Below are positions 47,454-60,246 of a stretch of 64,000 nt of DNA, piece by piece. The position numbers were made by a program, and so were the translations under genes. Numbering within the stretch: position 1 is the stretch's first letter; each line of letters opens with the position of its first letter. This DNA comes from Monocercomonoides exilis PA203 (Eukaryota > Protista > Preaxostyla), in NCBI GenBank assembly GCA_001643675.2, contig LSRY02000043.1, positions 496,001-560,000 of the forward strand, given 5' to 3'. The notes under the pieces were generated by a model that was not told where the DNA came from, did no database searches, and saw only the letters and a program-made list of their open reading frames with translations.

Positions 47454-50400
47454 ATGATGAATTTTTCTAGATTGAGTTTTATGATTTTGGCAGTGCTGTT
47501 AGGAGTCCACGTGAGCTGTATGGAGAATGAGGGAGCTGAGGATCTTGTGAGATTGAAAGTGAGAGTTCAAAGATACTTAACAGGGGAAGTATTGAATGCT
47601 TCTTTGACGTTCGATTTTGTGAACAAGGAAAACGAGCTACTCCAATCAGTGTCATGCGATGCTAGAACGGAGAAAACAGGAATTTTGGAGTTTTCTAAAG
47701 AACAAATTAGGCAATTGAAGGGTGAAGACGATGAAGCATCTTTCACAGTTAAAGTTACAGTTTCAAACGACCAAAAGGGAAGATATGAAATTGTGCGACT
47801 GGAAAAGAGGAACGAAAATGATAAGCTGGAAACCAATAGTAATAATAATGAATTCAATTATGAAAACGATATTGTTGTGGCAGAAGTTGAGAAGGAAGGA
47901 AACAATCCATATGTGAAAATGGCATTTGTTAGAACAATACCTACACTGTATGCTTACGATATTTTATCAATGAATCAAGAATATATCCAGTATTCTGGCG
48001 ATGATGCCGAACTTGAGATCCAAATACACGATCAGTACAAAGGAAAGGTGAAGCGATTTGCTTTAATACAAAACAATAAGGAAATAGTCACAAGTACGAA
48101 TACTGTATTTGCTCTTAGAAAAGGAAAAGATAAGATTTCGAGAATTTTTGAGTTACATAAACCAATCAGTCTCGAAGTTGACGACGGATACAAGAAATAC
48201 ACAATTCCTACACTGCTTAAGATTGTGGATAATCCGCAGATTATGAAAAACATGACGCTTAACAATGGGAGAGACGTTATGGGAGGAGTAGCCCCGAAAC
48301 AAGACTTGTGGCTGTTTGAAAATATTGATGCTGGAATTAACACACCCTTTTGGTCGGTGCAGATGTCGATTAACGAAGGATTCTTGACAGTTGTTGCTGG
48401 TCTTCAGATGCAAGTTTCAAAAGAAGGCGTTCTTACAGAGGCAAAGCTTCTGAAACAGATTGTTCAGGGAAAAAAGGATGCAACAGAAATGATTAATCGG
48501 CTGAAGGGGCTAAGCAATACTAAGATTGATAAAGTTAAAGACAAAGATTTTTCATTCAATGCGTATGGGAGGGGGTCTATTGTATTCAATATAGACGATA
48601 AATTGGAAGTTATAGACGGATGTGCAATGATGGGAATTGGGGCTGGATTTGAGTTCTCAATGCATTGGGCTGCTGGACCAATTCCAATGTATATTGTATT
48701 TGGACTTGCAGCCGATGGAGCTATGTCTCAGAAGCCGATTTCAAACCCGAAGACAAATGAAGACATTTACAAAGACATGTCTGTGATGTTTTCATTGAAG
48801 GCGTATGTGGAAGGCGGAGCAGGGATCCGTGGCTTTTTGTCAGTTGGCGCGAGGTTATCTGCAATATATTCGTTTACTGGGGATGATATCAGAAACATGA
48901 AGGTGACACAGACAGTAACTATTGCCGGAAGCATCGAATTGAGCGTGCTGTTCATATTTACATGGGAAAAGACCATCAAAAAGCACACTTGGGATCTACA
49001 AAAGCCAAAGCAGGAAACTGGAATGTTTTTGGATATGGATAACGAGGAAGAGAACGAGTTTGCGCAATATGAATACTTGGAAGATGCGTTTGTAGTGCGA
49101 AACGGATGGATTCCCGAGGTTCCTGAAGTGATTATGAACTTTAATTCCGAAGAGGCTTATGAAGGCGCGATTGTGGAGAGCGCAATAGGAGAAAATGTGG
49201 TGGTGAAGAACATTATTCCGAGTTGCAAGCCTTTGCTGGTTCCGATCCAAAAGGGCAAAATGGAAGTTTTGTTCTACACATCTATACGAACTGAAGGACA
49301 TGATTCAGACAGGCCAGTCATCATGACTGCGATTCGCAATGTGCGAAAGCTGAAGCTGAACGAAAAAGACGAAAAAGAAGAATTTTACAATTTCAAAACT
49401 ATCACAGATGACCCCAAAAACGAGCCGAGAGCGGAATATCGCTTTGAAACTGTGATATTTGACGGAGAACTATATGTTGTGTTTGAAAAAGCGGCAACGT
49501 CACTAAAGCTGGACGGTGCCAAAGCAACGCTGAGGGAGGCGATTAAACGAATCAACATCGAAATATACAGGCTGAATTTCCCATGGATTGGAAAACCGTC
49601 ATGGAAGAAAATTGGTACAATCAAAAGTCCGTCCGATGTCTATTTCTCTAAGTTCACTGTTTCTATGATGAGCGGAAGGTTCATAATTGGCGTGGTGGAG
49701 TGCGAAGCGGGCGACTATTTCCAGAAGAAAGGAGCGCTTCGTATCAAAATGTATGAAGTGAAAGATAAAGGAGAGATTAAAGGGCCAATACTGACAAAGG
49801 AAATGGATGAACGCCAGGTTGTACATGAACTTCGCGTATACGGATATATGAAGCATCCCAACGGATTAAACGAGATGGTATATGCATACACTACAACTGG
49901 AATAAACGAAGAACAACGCTTAAACAATCGGCAACTGTACCTGTACAAAGATAGGGTTACAGTAAGCTACATTTTCTTTGGTGATAATTTCTATTTTGCG
50001 AATGTGAGAAAACCAGATGGCCACATCGGAGTGTTTTTGTTTTGTTCTGACACTATATTTAAAGATACAAATGGGAAAAAAGACTACATCTCAAAGGTTC
50101 GTGGGTACGCAGAGATCAAACTCGGACAGAATTTGGCAAGCGCAGAATGGAGTGCACCTCAAGGAGATCTGAGCATTGGATCAGATTTCTCTCTCGTGCT
50201 GGACAAAGACGGAGTGTTCCATTCGTTTATGAGTCCAGGAAAGGATATCAACAAGAATGAAACAAGCACTTTGATTGGGTTTTCTATGAACAAGCCAGGA
50301 GAATGTGTACAACTGGAGTCAGGAGGCAAAGAGGTGCTGAATGCCAATGGATGGTATTCGGAATATGGCAGATTGCGTATGGTGTATCTGACGAAGCGTT

Positions 50401-51890
50401 CGAAAGACCCAACTGACATGAATTACGATCTGTGTGTGCAAGCTATTCGTTATGTTCCTGTTGCTGAAATTACCAAAGTGACAGAGAACTTTGAGACGGA
50501 AGCATCAAAGAGGCAAGTGGAAGGGAAAGAATACTCAGTATTTCTTGATGTGAAGAATGTGGGACTTGGGAAAGCGTCATCACTGCGTGTGCGTTCTGTG
50601 CGGAGAGACAACCGATCAGACGTTATTGAATTAATACACAAGATACCAGATTCCCTTGCCAGCGCCAGTACAATAAGCGGTGTTGAGTGCAAGGTGAGAA
50701 TACCTGATGAACCGAACCCAAGGAAAAGGCATGAATATGAAATTACAGTTACTCCTCAGTATGTGGAAGGGGGCAAAGTTTACGATGCAGACTGCTCGAT
50801 GATGAAAGTCTTCACCAGCGGAATCAATTTGTGCATGGTACGAGTGATAAAGTTGTGGCGCGAAAAAGACGAAGAGATTCTGAGAGTTTATTGTGATGCA
50901 CCTAATGGCGTGGTGCGTGATCAGGTAAAAGTGGTGCCTTATGATGCGAAAACGGGAAAACCTTCGAAAGTTTTCAGAGAGCAAATAATTTTAATTCCCG
51001 GAGACAAGCTGGCGTTTGTTGATTATGTGGTTGTTTACGGAAGCATGTTTGAGAAGCCAGACATGGAAGACATCGATATTGAACAGCACAATGAGTCAGT
51101 CAGCCCCTGGCTGCGCAATCTTTATTTCGTATTGGAGTTCCGCAAAGGAGAAGAATCAGCCCCTGAGCCATTTTCCATTCCGAATCCATACAAGACACGG
51201 GCGAATATCGTTGTGGATGCAGTGAGAGCAGAAAGCGGGGCGTTTGGGCCGGACGGAGAAATCAAAGTGGAGTTTGAGGCGGTAAATAACTTCCCCGAAG
51301 ACGCAGAAGATGTGCAAGTGTATGTGGATCTTATCCGACGAGAGAGCGGCGAAGTTGCACAAACACAGTGTGTACTTATCAATTTGCATCGATTTGAGAG
51401 GCGGATTGTCACAACGAAAATTTTCATTGTGGAAGGAGATGTCAGAGAATATGATGTGCGTGTGTATGGGAAAGGAGGGAAGTTTGATATTTATGGGAAG
51501 CTGAAGAGGGCAGTGAGGGACGCAGTTGTGGATGTGTGTGAAGAAGTGACAGGGGAGTCTGTTGAGAATGCTATGCCGGAATCTTTGTTGACAGATACTC
51601 CAATTGTTAAAAGAACAAAAGAAGCTGCCTCAAAGATGCTGAAAGAGGCTTCTTCAATGCAAAAAGAGCAGATTTTGTTGAGGTTGGAAGAAGAGCTTAA
51701 ACTGAAATTCTCAGACTTTCACAGCGAGGAGCTGTTATCAGATAGCAAAGAAAGCGAAAAGATGATGGAAGATGTAGATTCGTTGTTTGATGAAGTACTC
51801 CGAGCGAAATCTCTTACAATTTCTGTTGCACTTGCTGAATTAAATTCCGCTTCAACGAAGGATTCATTATCTTTCCGGGATGAATTGTAA
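47454..51890 (+). CDS. 1,478-aa intronless secretory-pathway protein, beta-rich, with signal peptide and C-terminal RDEL
   Basis: N-terminal hydrophobic segment LSFMILAVLLGVHVSC, ends ...SFRDEL*. No low complexity and no introns. CARDB/Ig-like motif VFLDVKNVGLGKAS. Confidence 0.85.
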   Translation: MMNFSRLSFMILAVLLGVHVSCMENEGAEDLVRLKVRVQRYLTGEVLNASLTFDFVNKENELLQSVSCDARTEKTGILEFSKEQIRQLKGEDDEASFTVKVTVSNDQKGRYEIVRLEKRNENDKLETNSNNNEFNYENDIVVAEVEKEGNNPYVKMAFVRTIPTLYAYDILSMNQEYIQYSGDDAELEIQIHDQYKGKVKRFALIQNNKEIVTSTNTVFALRKGKDKISRIFELHKPISLEVDDGYKKYTIPTLLKIVDNPQIMKNMTLNNGRDVMGGVAPKQDLWLFENIDAGINTPFWSVQMSINEGFLTVVAGLQMQVSKEGVLTEAKLLKQIVQGKKDATEMINRLKGLSNTKIDKVKDKDFSFNAYGRGSIVFNIDDKLEVIDGCAMMGIGAGFEFSMHWAAGPIPMYIVFGLAADGAMSQKPISNPKTNEDIYKDMSVMFSLKAYVEGGAGIRGFLSVGARLSAIYSFTGDDIRNMKVTQTVTIAGSIELSVLFIFTWEKTIKKHTWDLQKPKQETGMFLDMDNEEENEFAQYEYLEDAFVVRNGWIPEVPEVIMNFNSEEAYEGAIVESAIGENVVVKNIIPSCKPLLVPIQKGKMEVLFYTSIRTEGHDSDRPVIMTAIRNVRKLKLNEKDEKEEFYNFKTITDDPKNEPRAEYRFETVIFDGELYVVFEKAATSLKLDGAKATLREAIKRINIEIYRLNFPWIGKPSWKKIGTIKSPSDVYFSKFTVSMMSGRFIIGVVECEAGDYFQKKGALRIKMYEVKDKGEIKGPILTKEMDERQVVHELRVYGYMKHPNGLNEMVYAYTTTGINEEQRLNNRQLYLYKDRVTVSYIFFGDNFYFANVRKPDGHIGVFLFCSDTIFKDTNGKKDYISKVRGYAEIKLGQNLASAEWSAPQGDLSIGSDFSLVLDKDGVFHSFMSPGKDINKNETSTLIGFSMNKPGECVQLESGGKEVLNANGWYSEYGRLRMVYLTKRSKDPTDMNYDLCVQAIRYVPVAEITKVTENFETEASKRQVEGKEYSVFLDVKNVGLGKASSLRVRSVRRDNRSDVIELIHKIPDSLASASTISGVECKVRIPDEPNPRKRHEYEITVTPQYVEGGKVYDADCSMMKVFTSGINLCMVRVIKLWREKDEEILRVYCDAPNGVVRDQVKVVPYDAKTGKPSKVFREQIILIPGDKLAFVDYVVVYGSMFEKPDMEDIDIEQHNESVSPWLRNLYFVLEFRKGEESAPEPFSIPNPYKTRANIVVDAVRAESGAFGPDGEIKVEFEAVNNFPEDAEDVQVYVDLIRRESGEVAQTQCVLINLHRFERRIVTTKIFIVEGDVREYDVRVYGKGGKFDIYGKLKRAVRDAVVDVCEEVTGESVENAMPESLLTDTPIVKRTKEAASKMLKEASSMQKEQILLRLEEELKLKFSDFHSEELLSDSKESEKMMEDVDSLFDEVLRAKSLTISVALAELNSASTKDSLSFRDEL

Positions 51891-53082
51891 AGAAAAAGAA
51901 AGAAAGAGAAAGAGAGAAGAAGGTTATTTGATAAGATGAAATCTGGGCAATCTAAATAGTTGCCGTTTTCGTCTTTTATTATTAATTGCGATTATCAACA
52001 TAAGGATAGCCTGCTATCCGTTTAATATGAACAAGTCAATTACAACAAATTCCCTCTTTTGATATTTTCAGTTTATGAAGTTTTATTTTACGACTTATTT
52101 TTCTTTATCCATATTTTTTATTTAATATTTTGATATTTTAATTATTATAACTCTTTTTTTCTTTTATGAGTTTAATTTGCCAATTCGCTATGAATATTTT
52201 TCGATTCTATTCTTTATAATTTGCTATTATTTATTGGGCGCCTTTTTATTAAAAGATATTTTTTCATTTTTTATATGATCATTTTTATTTATTTTGATTT
52301 AAATATTTTTTTTTTTGCAGTTTATGGAATGTGTACGGTTTCGGTATGCACCGAAATAAACAAAGAATTTCTTTTCCAACAAAATTTAAGAATATTTTAA
52401 TTAATTTTTTTTTTTTTTTCGTCAAAGCAACGATACAAAATTCAATAATTAATTTCATATAAATTTCTTTCAAATACAACTGTCCAAAGCTCGAGGGTTC
52501 AGTTCTTTTCTTTTTCAAAACTTTTTCTTTCTTAATTTCTTTTTTTTTCCTTCGATTTCCAAAAAGTCTTCTTTTTCATAATTATTACTTTTGCAAAAAT
52601 GGTTATCTGATTCTGTCAACTGGCAAATAAGTGAATTAAAACATTCATTTGTGGTTTATCACAAACAGATAAGCTGGACAGAAACTTTACGAAGCCTTTG
52701 GATGTTAAATGTGGAATAAATTGCTTCGCATTTTGATGTCGTTTTAGCTGTAATGTTTGTAGTTTGAACATTCATTTTCTTTTGCAATTTTCCAACCAAA
52801 TACTACATTTTGAACTGTCAACCGGATAACACAAAAACATATTAATATTATTTGGATGATTATCTTTTTTTCCTTTTTTCTCGCAAATCAGTTGTTCAAA
52901 AAATTCTCCAATTTCTTGTTAATTTGTTTAAGTCACTAAAAGGCAAAGCACAAGAAAATATTAAAGATATACAAGCACGGAACAAATCATGGAATTTATC
53001 AATAATTGATAAAAATTTGCCCCATACGCATAATTCAATCAACAATCCAGAATTAAAGAAAAGAAAAGATATGAATAAAAAA

Positions 53083-55307
53083 TCACTTTCTCTTTTTCTG
53101 AGGTGGAAGAGGAACTGCATGTCCAGTTTCTTTCAAGTGACTGAATAACTTATTTCGAGTGTCAAAAGGAGCATTGCAGACGGAGCACCTCTGCATGAAT
53201 GAGGAAAAGAAACATCATAATAAGCAAGTAAAAAATTCATTTTTATATGAGTATTGAAGAAAGGAAAAAAAAAAATTAAAAACAAAACAAAAAATAAAAA
53301 AAAAACATACATATGCAACAATTTCTTCTTCGTGTTCTCCTCTTCTTCTTCGCCGTCCATACTCCATTTTGCGGCCTTCTTCTTCTTTTTTCTTTTTCTC
53401 AGCCTTCAATTGCTCCTTCAATCTTTCTTTCTCTCTTTCCTTTTCTCTTTTTCTTGCTTTCTTTGAGAGTGGTTGAGTTGATGACTGAGGAATGCTCGAT
53501 GAAATAAATTCTGAACCAAAACCTGACCGCTTTCGTTGCTTTGATCTTTTCGTAGATTTAGGCAGAGAGATTTCTTCTTCATCTTCTGCCATTTCTTCAT
53601 TATCATTATCATTATCATCTTCTTTTTCTTCATTATTTTCTTCTTCTTCTTCTTCTTCTATTTTCTTTTCATTCGATGCATTTTCTTCTTCAATGTCATC
53701 TTCTTTATCTTCATATTCTTCCTTCCTTTTTCCTTCTTTTTCACTATCGCCCTCTTCAGTTTCAGCTTCTTCACTTGCATCAATTTCTTTCTCGTTTCTT
53801 TCTTCCTCTTCCTCTTCCTCTTCCTCTTTTCCTTCATCATCATCTTCTTCTTCCCTCTCTTCTGCTTCTTCAACATCTTCCTCTTCCTCCACCTCCACTT
53901 CTTCCTCTTCCTCTTCTTCTTCTTCTTCGTTTTCCTCTAATTTCCTTTCCCTTTTCTGGGATGAAACTTTTGACGTATCTGTATTTTGCTTCGTCTTTGT
54001 TTTCTTTTCGTTTTGTTGGTGCTTTTTAGATTGAAAATGATTAGTCAATCTGTTGAAAGATATTAGAAAAAAAAATTTGATATTAAAGAAACAAACAATT
54101 CAATTCATCAACACAATAAAACAAACTGTTGTAATGATTTAAATTCCTTACGGCAACACTGGCAGAACAATGGAATTTCTTCATCTTTCGCTCTTCCTTT
54201 ATTTGATTTTTTGTCTTTTGAATGTTTGTCTTTGGCAAAAGACTTGCTTTCAACATTGCTGTCGTCATTTTCGGTATCATCTGCTTCTATATCGAACAAA
54301 GCTTCATCATTTGCTTCTGCAAATTTTGCTTTTTCTTCGTTTGCTTTTTGCTTTTTTCTTCGCTTTTCGAAGTTTATTCCTTCACTTTTAATGAAAAACT
54401 CCAATTCTTCATCTTCGTCTCCGTCTTCATATTCTTCCTCATCTTCTGTTTCAAAGTCAAGCTCATCATCATCCTCTCTTTCCTCATCACCATCGTCGTC
54501 CCATCCAAACCATTTCTCTTTTTCTGCTTGTTGCATCATTTGTTCGTGCATTCTTTTTTGCCTTTCCTTTGCTTTAGCTTTTTTCTCCTCTGCTTTTTTG
54601 GCTTTCTTTATTTCTTTCTCTCTTCTCTTTCGCTGAATTTTTTCCTGCCGCTTGTCGTGCTTAAATACAAATTCAACAAGCTGTTTAACCTGCATATTAG
54701 CTTCTTTTCTCCCGAGCACTCTTTCTTTTTCATTCTCTTTTTCCATTGCCCTTCTCACTTGACGGTTTTCTGCACGACGTGTGTCGAACTTGTCTCTCCA
54801 AGAAAAATTGCGCTTTGTTTTAAAAGATTTCCAAAAAGCATAAAAAGCTATTACGTCTGCATCATTTGTTTTTGAATTTCCAAATTCAGGCATTGAAGAA
54901 CCTGAGCCGTCCCATTGAGAAATTTCTTTGAAAGCTTCTGTGTAAACTGCATAAAATCCATCTTGATCATCTCCATACCCGTGATAGCACGACGAAGTTA
55001 AATATGTAGAGACGTCAAAAGGAAAATCTAATTCATTTTTATCGTCATCTTCTTCGTCACATCCTTTTTCGACTTCATCACGATGATCTTCGTACCAACG
55101 TCTTTTAATAGGATCACTTAACATCTCATAGGCTGACTGTATTTTTTTAAATGATGCTGCTGCTTCTTCTTGATTATCTAAATTTTTATCTGGATGAAAT
55201 CTTAGTGCAAGCTTTCGATAAGCTTTTTTAATGTCTGAATCTGTTGCTCCAAGATCTGTCAATCCTAGAATTTTTAGGGGATCATTTCCTTTGTACTCCA
55301 ACGTCAT
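53083..55307 (-). CDS. DNAJC21: DnaJ homolog subfamily C member 21 / Jjj1 (J-domain + two C2H2 zinc fingers), three exons
   Basis: J domain [17 protein letters not shown]...[11 protein letters not shown], zuotin-homology region [10 protein letters not shown]...FSW...RRAMEKEN, first zinc finger [23 protein letters not shown], and last exon [23 protein letters not shown]...KKRK*. Confidence 0.93.
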
Positions 55308-56021
55308 ATATAATTTACTCGAAGAATAATCGATTAATTTTTGCAAAAAAGAATTAAATTTAAAATTTAAAATGGGAATATAAAATTAATAATTATTGTT
55401 GAATGCAATTTTTCGAAAAGTTTATCTTATCATTGATACAATATTCTTTTTGGAAATGTCAGACCCGTGCAACACGACTCGCAACTTTTTGCACCTGTCG
55501 GTCATTTAAAAAAAAAAAAGAAAAAAAAACACGAAGTTGAGATAATATTTGTTTTATTAACACATTTTAGTCGAGTGTTCCAGAAAAAGCAAAAATTGTT
55601 AGTTTATTCTATTTCTTTAAGAAAAGTGAGCGATATATGTCAAAATTTTTTTGAAAAGTTCATTTTGTTTAATTTTCAGGAAAATTTGAAAAATGAATGT
55701 TTTCATCAATTTTTCATACCAAATCACCAAATCTCGCTATCATGTTAACATCATTTTAGCAATGTTATTATTTCCATTTGAGTGAAGTTTCGTGAGTGTG
55801 AACAGAAAATTGATGAAAATATGAATAATTAATATTATTAGAAGATTAAACTAACGGAACTTTTCAAAATAATTTTGACATATTTCCATTTTATTTTGAC
55901 TGTTTTCCGATTCATTCTTTTTGTCAATTGGTCGTATTCATTTCCGCTTTGTTTAACCTATTTTTTATTATCAGTTCTCACAACTTCATGAGCATGATAA
56001 GAAAAAGGAGGCTGTCTAATA

Positions 56022-58027
56022 GGGTCATCTTTTTATTGGCACTTTTTTCTTTATTGGCACCAAAATTTTTTGTAATGAAAAAAAGGTAAAAACACATCAA
56101 AAAATACAAAACTCGAATCAATTACTCTTCTTACTTTTCTTTTTCCATTTTCACGTTCAAAGGGGTCAAATTCATCACTTGTTTCATCGTCATCATTCTT
56201 AATTTTTCTGAATTTCCTTTTCACTTTTTTCTCCAAAGGCAATTCTTCTTCTTCAATTTTTTTTTCATTTTCTGCAATTTCTTCAATTTTTATCTTGTGT
56301 TTTTCATTTTCCTTATCCCATTCATCAAGAAGCTTTTCTTTTGTTATTTCTTTTCCGAAAAAGTCGAAACAATGTGAATGAGAAGGAATGAAGTATATAG
56401 AAGACTGAGGAAGCTTCATAAGAACCGATCTTGATCCATTGCTGAGGACTCCGCTGTTAATGAAGGCTTTTTTGATCACCGATGTGGTGAATGCTGTGTG
56501 AAGGACTTGTGGTAACACATCTGCAACAGCTGTTCTTTTTGAAGATGAGGAGGTGGATGATGGAGAGCTGTATTTGTTTGAAAGCTCTGACTTCATCACT
56601 GCAAATACGCCTCAGTTCAGCGGTAACGATATGTGTGGTATGAGGAACGAAGGTGACGACATCAATTTCTGCGTCTTTAAACTGTCTCCATGTAGTTGGA
56701 TCAGCCCGTGATGAGTGCGAGTCCAGGAGAAGAAGGCAACGATGAGTTTATTTAAGAATTCGCTTTCTTCTGTCAATGATAACTGGCAGCAGAACTGTTA
56801 AGGCGTATTTTTGAATGCTGTTTTGTCCATCCAGCCGTTTGTGTTTGGCCAAATGTCAAGCGACGGCGTCAACAGTGTTGTCAGTTCTTTCGGAAGATTT
56901 GCGCTCGGCCACAGCACAATAGACGGACGCGAGAAACCATCAGCAGCTTCTCTGGTAACGAGAGATGCATTCTGCGTCTTTTTGGCAGTCTTTTTGAACC
57001 CATCTTGCTCATCTGAGGTATGAACAACAATGCCACGTGAAGAAGTTGGAATGCGAAGCGAAGATTCGTCAAAATTGAAGATTAATTATTCTGGATATTT
57101 GTTTTCATCGTGTAATGATTGTAATTCTGTATACCGCGGCTTTAGGATTTTCTGACAAGATGCTGTAAGTCTGTTGATGTCAACTTGCTCTGGAAGCGAT
57201 GACTTTAATTCCGGATGGCGCTTTATGAAGGCGTAAACTCTCTTTAAAGTTACAGTCTTTTTCTTCTTTTCTTCATTTTCTCCTTCTTCTTCACTATCGT
57301 TTATAATATTTTCCATCAAAATACCAATTAATATACAATTTAAATATCATTTGCAAACCAGATCGCGCGCTTTTCGTAACGTGAGACTTGTCCCAGATCG
57401 AGATTCTATTGGAACTTCTTCTAAGAATTGCTCTTCTTTTTCGCCGTTGATAATTGGCGGGTGCCCAACTTTTGCAATCGGCCTGCCATTTTTAATAGCT
57501 TAAACAGCATGCTCCAATGACTTCTTGCTTATTCCACCGTATTTTACTCCATCGACCAGCCTGACAACCTTGTCATTTACAATGTGCGAAATCCTTTCCA
57601 ATCTTGAACTATATTTTCTGTAACGTAATGTGGACATTGCTTCCTTCAGCCGCTTCTGTGCCGCTTCAGCTTTCTTTTTCACTAGTGATTTCATGTATAT
57701 AAAATGGGTTAGGATCATTAATATATTTTTTTATTTATTAATTCTCATTAAAGAATTTTTAATTAATTTTTAAATTTTTGAATGAATAAGAAATATTTTC
57801 AAACCTTTGCGCAGTCCAATTTCTCATGAAAGCTCAATGGAAGGACTTGAACCCCCTCCCATTTCCCCCCATGAGAAATTGGATTTCTTTCAAAATTCAA
57901 ATATTAGAATACTTCACATTTGTATATATACCAAAAATATATTTTTAAATATCATTTGTGGGTCAGATTAATTTTTATTAAAAAAAAAGTGCCAATAAAG
58001 AAAAAAATGCCAATAAAAAGATGACCC
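56022..58027 (-). mobile_element. second pogo-type (DDE_1) transposon of a different family, transposase fragmented
   Basis: 39-bp TIRs (gggtcatctttttattggcacttttttctttattggcac) at 56022-56060 and 57989-58027 with 1 mismatch, and TA on both sides. Broken minus-strand frames contain GHPP, AFIKRHPEL, NFDESS, TNGWMDK, RCLLLLDSHSSR and IKKAFINSG. Confidence 0.92.
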
Positions 58028-60246
58028 TAACCATTTTTTTCATTTTGAAATTTTAATTTTATTTTTCAATTTTCAAAAGTTGGAAGAATCGAACATTATC
58101 ATAAAAATGCGAATTATCTGAGGAATGATTGAAAAGAAAAAACATCTTTCTCAAAATCAAGCACCCAAGTGGATGGCATAAATTTGTGGAATCATTCACG
58201 AGCATTTTGCAGAATCAAATTTTGAATCAACCAAAGATGAAAATTTATTTTTTTCTCGTTTGAGGAAAGGTCTGAAAATCGAGAATATATATTTTAAAAG
58301 TAAAAAAGGACGGAGGAGAGGTGTGTGCATTTCTTTTCTGTTTGCGAAATTTGAGAGAAAATTGATTTTTTCATATTATTTTTTAAATTCGTTTATTTTT
58401 TTAATCCACAGTATGAAAAGAGAGCAATGGCCAAGGTCTAACATGGTTTCTTTGGCTTTGATGCTTAGACAGATCGTGCCTGCAGAGGCAGGAAAAGGAG
58501 ATGAGAAGAGTGAGAGTGTTTTGAATAAGGAAATGAATAGAGGAATGCGTGATTTGGAGAGGAAAAAATATGGGGAAAGAGAAAAGCAATGCAGCAAAAG
58601 AAGAAAAAGAGAGAAAGGAAGAAAAAAAGATGATTTGGTGATTTGGGGATGATGAATGGATGAACCAGATAAACTGGCAGAAAGATACTTGTCTCTTTCT
58701 TTACACATTTTTTTTATTCTTATTTCCATCGCTTAACAATCAGTATCAATTTCTTCATCACCATTGGCAATGCGGAGAAAGACACAAATTTCAATGTTCT
58801 CCTCTTTCTAACGCTGAAACGAAATAGTGCATATGAATATTTTTTTGCACACTGGATTTTTGGTTTGGATGAAAGCATTGAAGTTTTCAGGCAAGTGAAG
58901 TGGAGAGAGAGAGAGAAAGTAAAAGAAAAGAAAATATCCCTTCTTCTTTTTCTTCATCTTCTTCCTTTTCTTCTTCTTCTTCTTCTTCTTCTTCTTCTTC
59001 TTCTATCTCTTCCCTTGAAATTTAATTCCTTCAGCCCATTATTATCATCCCATTGATTCCAAAAATAGCTAATGAGAATATTCTTACTTAAAGAAATGCA
59101 ATCCGAAAACTTCTCTTTCTCAAACAGACATATTCTGCACACAAAATTAACATTTCCTCCGCTTTCTCTTCTTTTTCCTCTTTCGCTCACCTCATCAATC
59201 ACGCTAAATAAGTTGAACTTGGTGATTAGAAAAATAATGCTTCAAGAGGAGGTTTGTTTGCTTTGCAGTGCTGAAAGGATTAAACTCAGGGTGCAGTTGT
59301 CAATGGCGATGGAAAATTAGTCAATTGTGAAATGAAGATTGACAAACTTAAGTTGAAAAAGTTGTTAAAGTTATTTAGATATTTGGAAAGAGATCAAGTT
59401 TTTTTTTTTATTGCTTAAAGAATGATGAAAAAGTTCTGAGATATGCTGACTCAAACAGAGACATTTTCAAAAGAGGATTTTGGTGAGACAGAGATAAAAC
59501 AAAAGGAAGAAAAGCAGCGGATATAAAAGAAAGTTAGAAAATCGTTTTATTGGAAGAACTCGAAGAAAAAAGATGAGATTGAATCAGTTGTGATTATCGA
59601 TAGTTGATTCTCCAACATTTCTTATATTTATAACCTGAAACTATCAAGACTTTCAGCTGGAAGTGCGATTTGTTTGAGATCCTTTAATCGAAGAGAAAAC
59701 AAAGAAAAAAACTTATTGTTTTCATAAGTTAATATTGATAAACTAAATAAACTCAAAACAATCTTTTCAGACTACTTCAATCATATTTTTCATTGTTATT
59801 TAAATATTATTTGTACAGTTTCGAATTTTGTGAAACTTCACATTTTCATATTTTTGAATGATATTTTCCTTTTCTATTTTTTCTTTTAATTGTTTCTTTT
59901 TCTTTTTCTTTCAATTATTTCTTTTTCTTTTTCTTTTTCTTTTACTTTTTATATTTTCTTTTTTTCTTTTTCTTTTAGTTAATGAAAATTTAGTATTTCT
60001 AATTGATCAACAAATTCATAATTCAACAATAAGGTGTGTTTTATCATGTTAATAAGCAAAACAAACAAATACACAGTTAAAAAGCTGAATACCCACAAAA
60101 AAAAACTCTTTTTGCAATAAATACCACAATGGAATTATTTTTTTCAAAATTTTGATCTTTATTAATGATATGGCTGATCCTTTCTGAAATCACACTTTCG
60201 TTAGAGTTTTGATCTATTTTTTTGAAAAAAGAAAAACAGAAATAAA

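Noticed and set aside
57835-57862. Complete tRNA gene
   Set aside because: Only a T-arm/B-box-like motif is present; no D-arm, anticodon arm or acceptor stem could be built.
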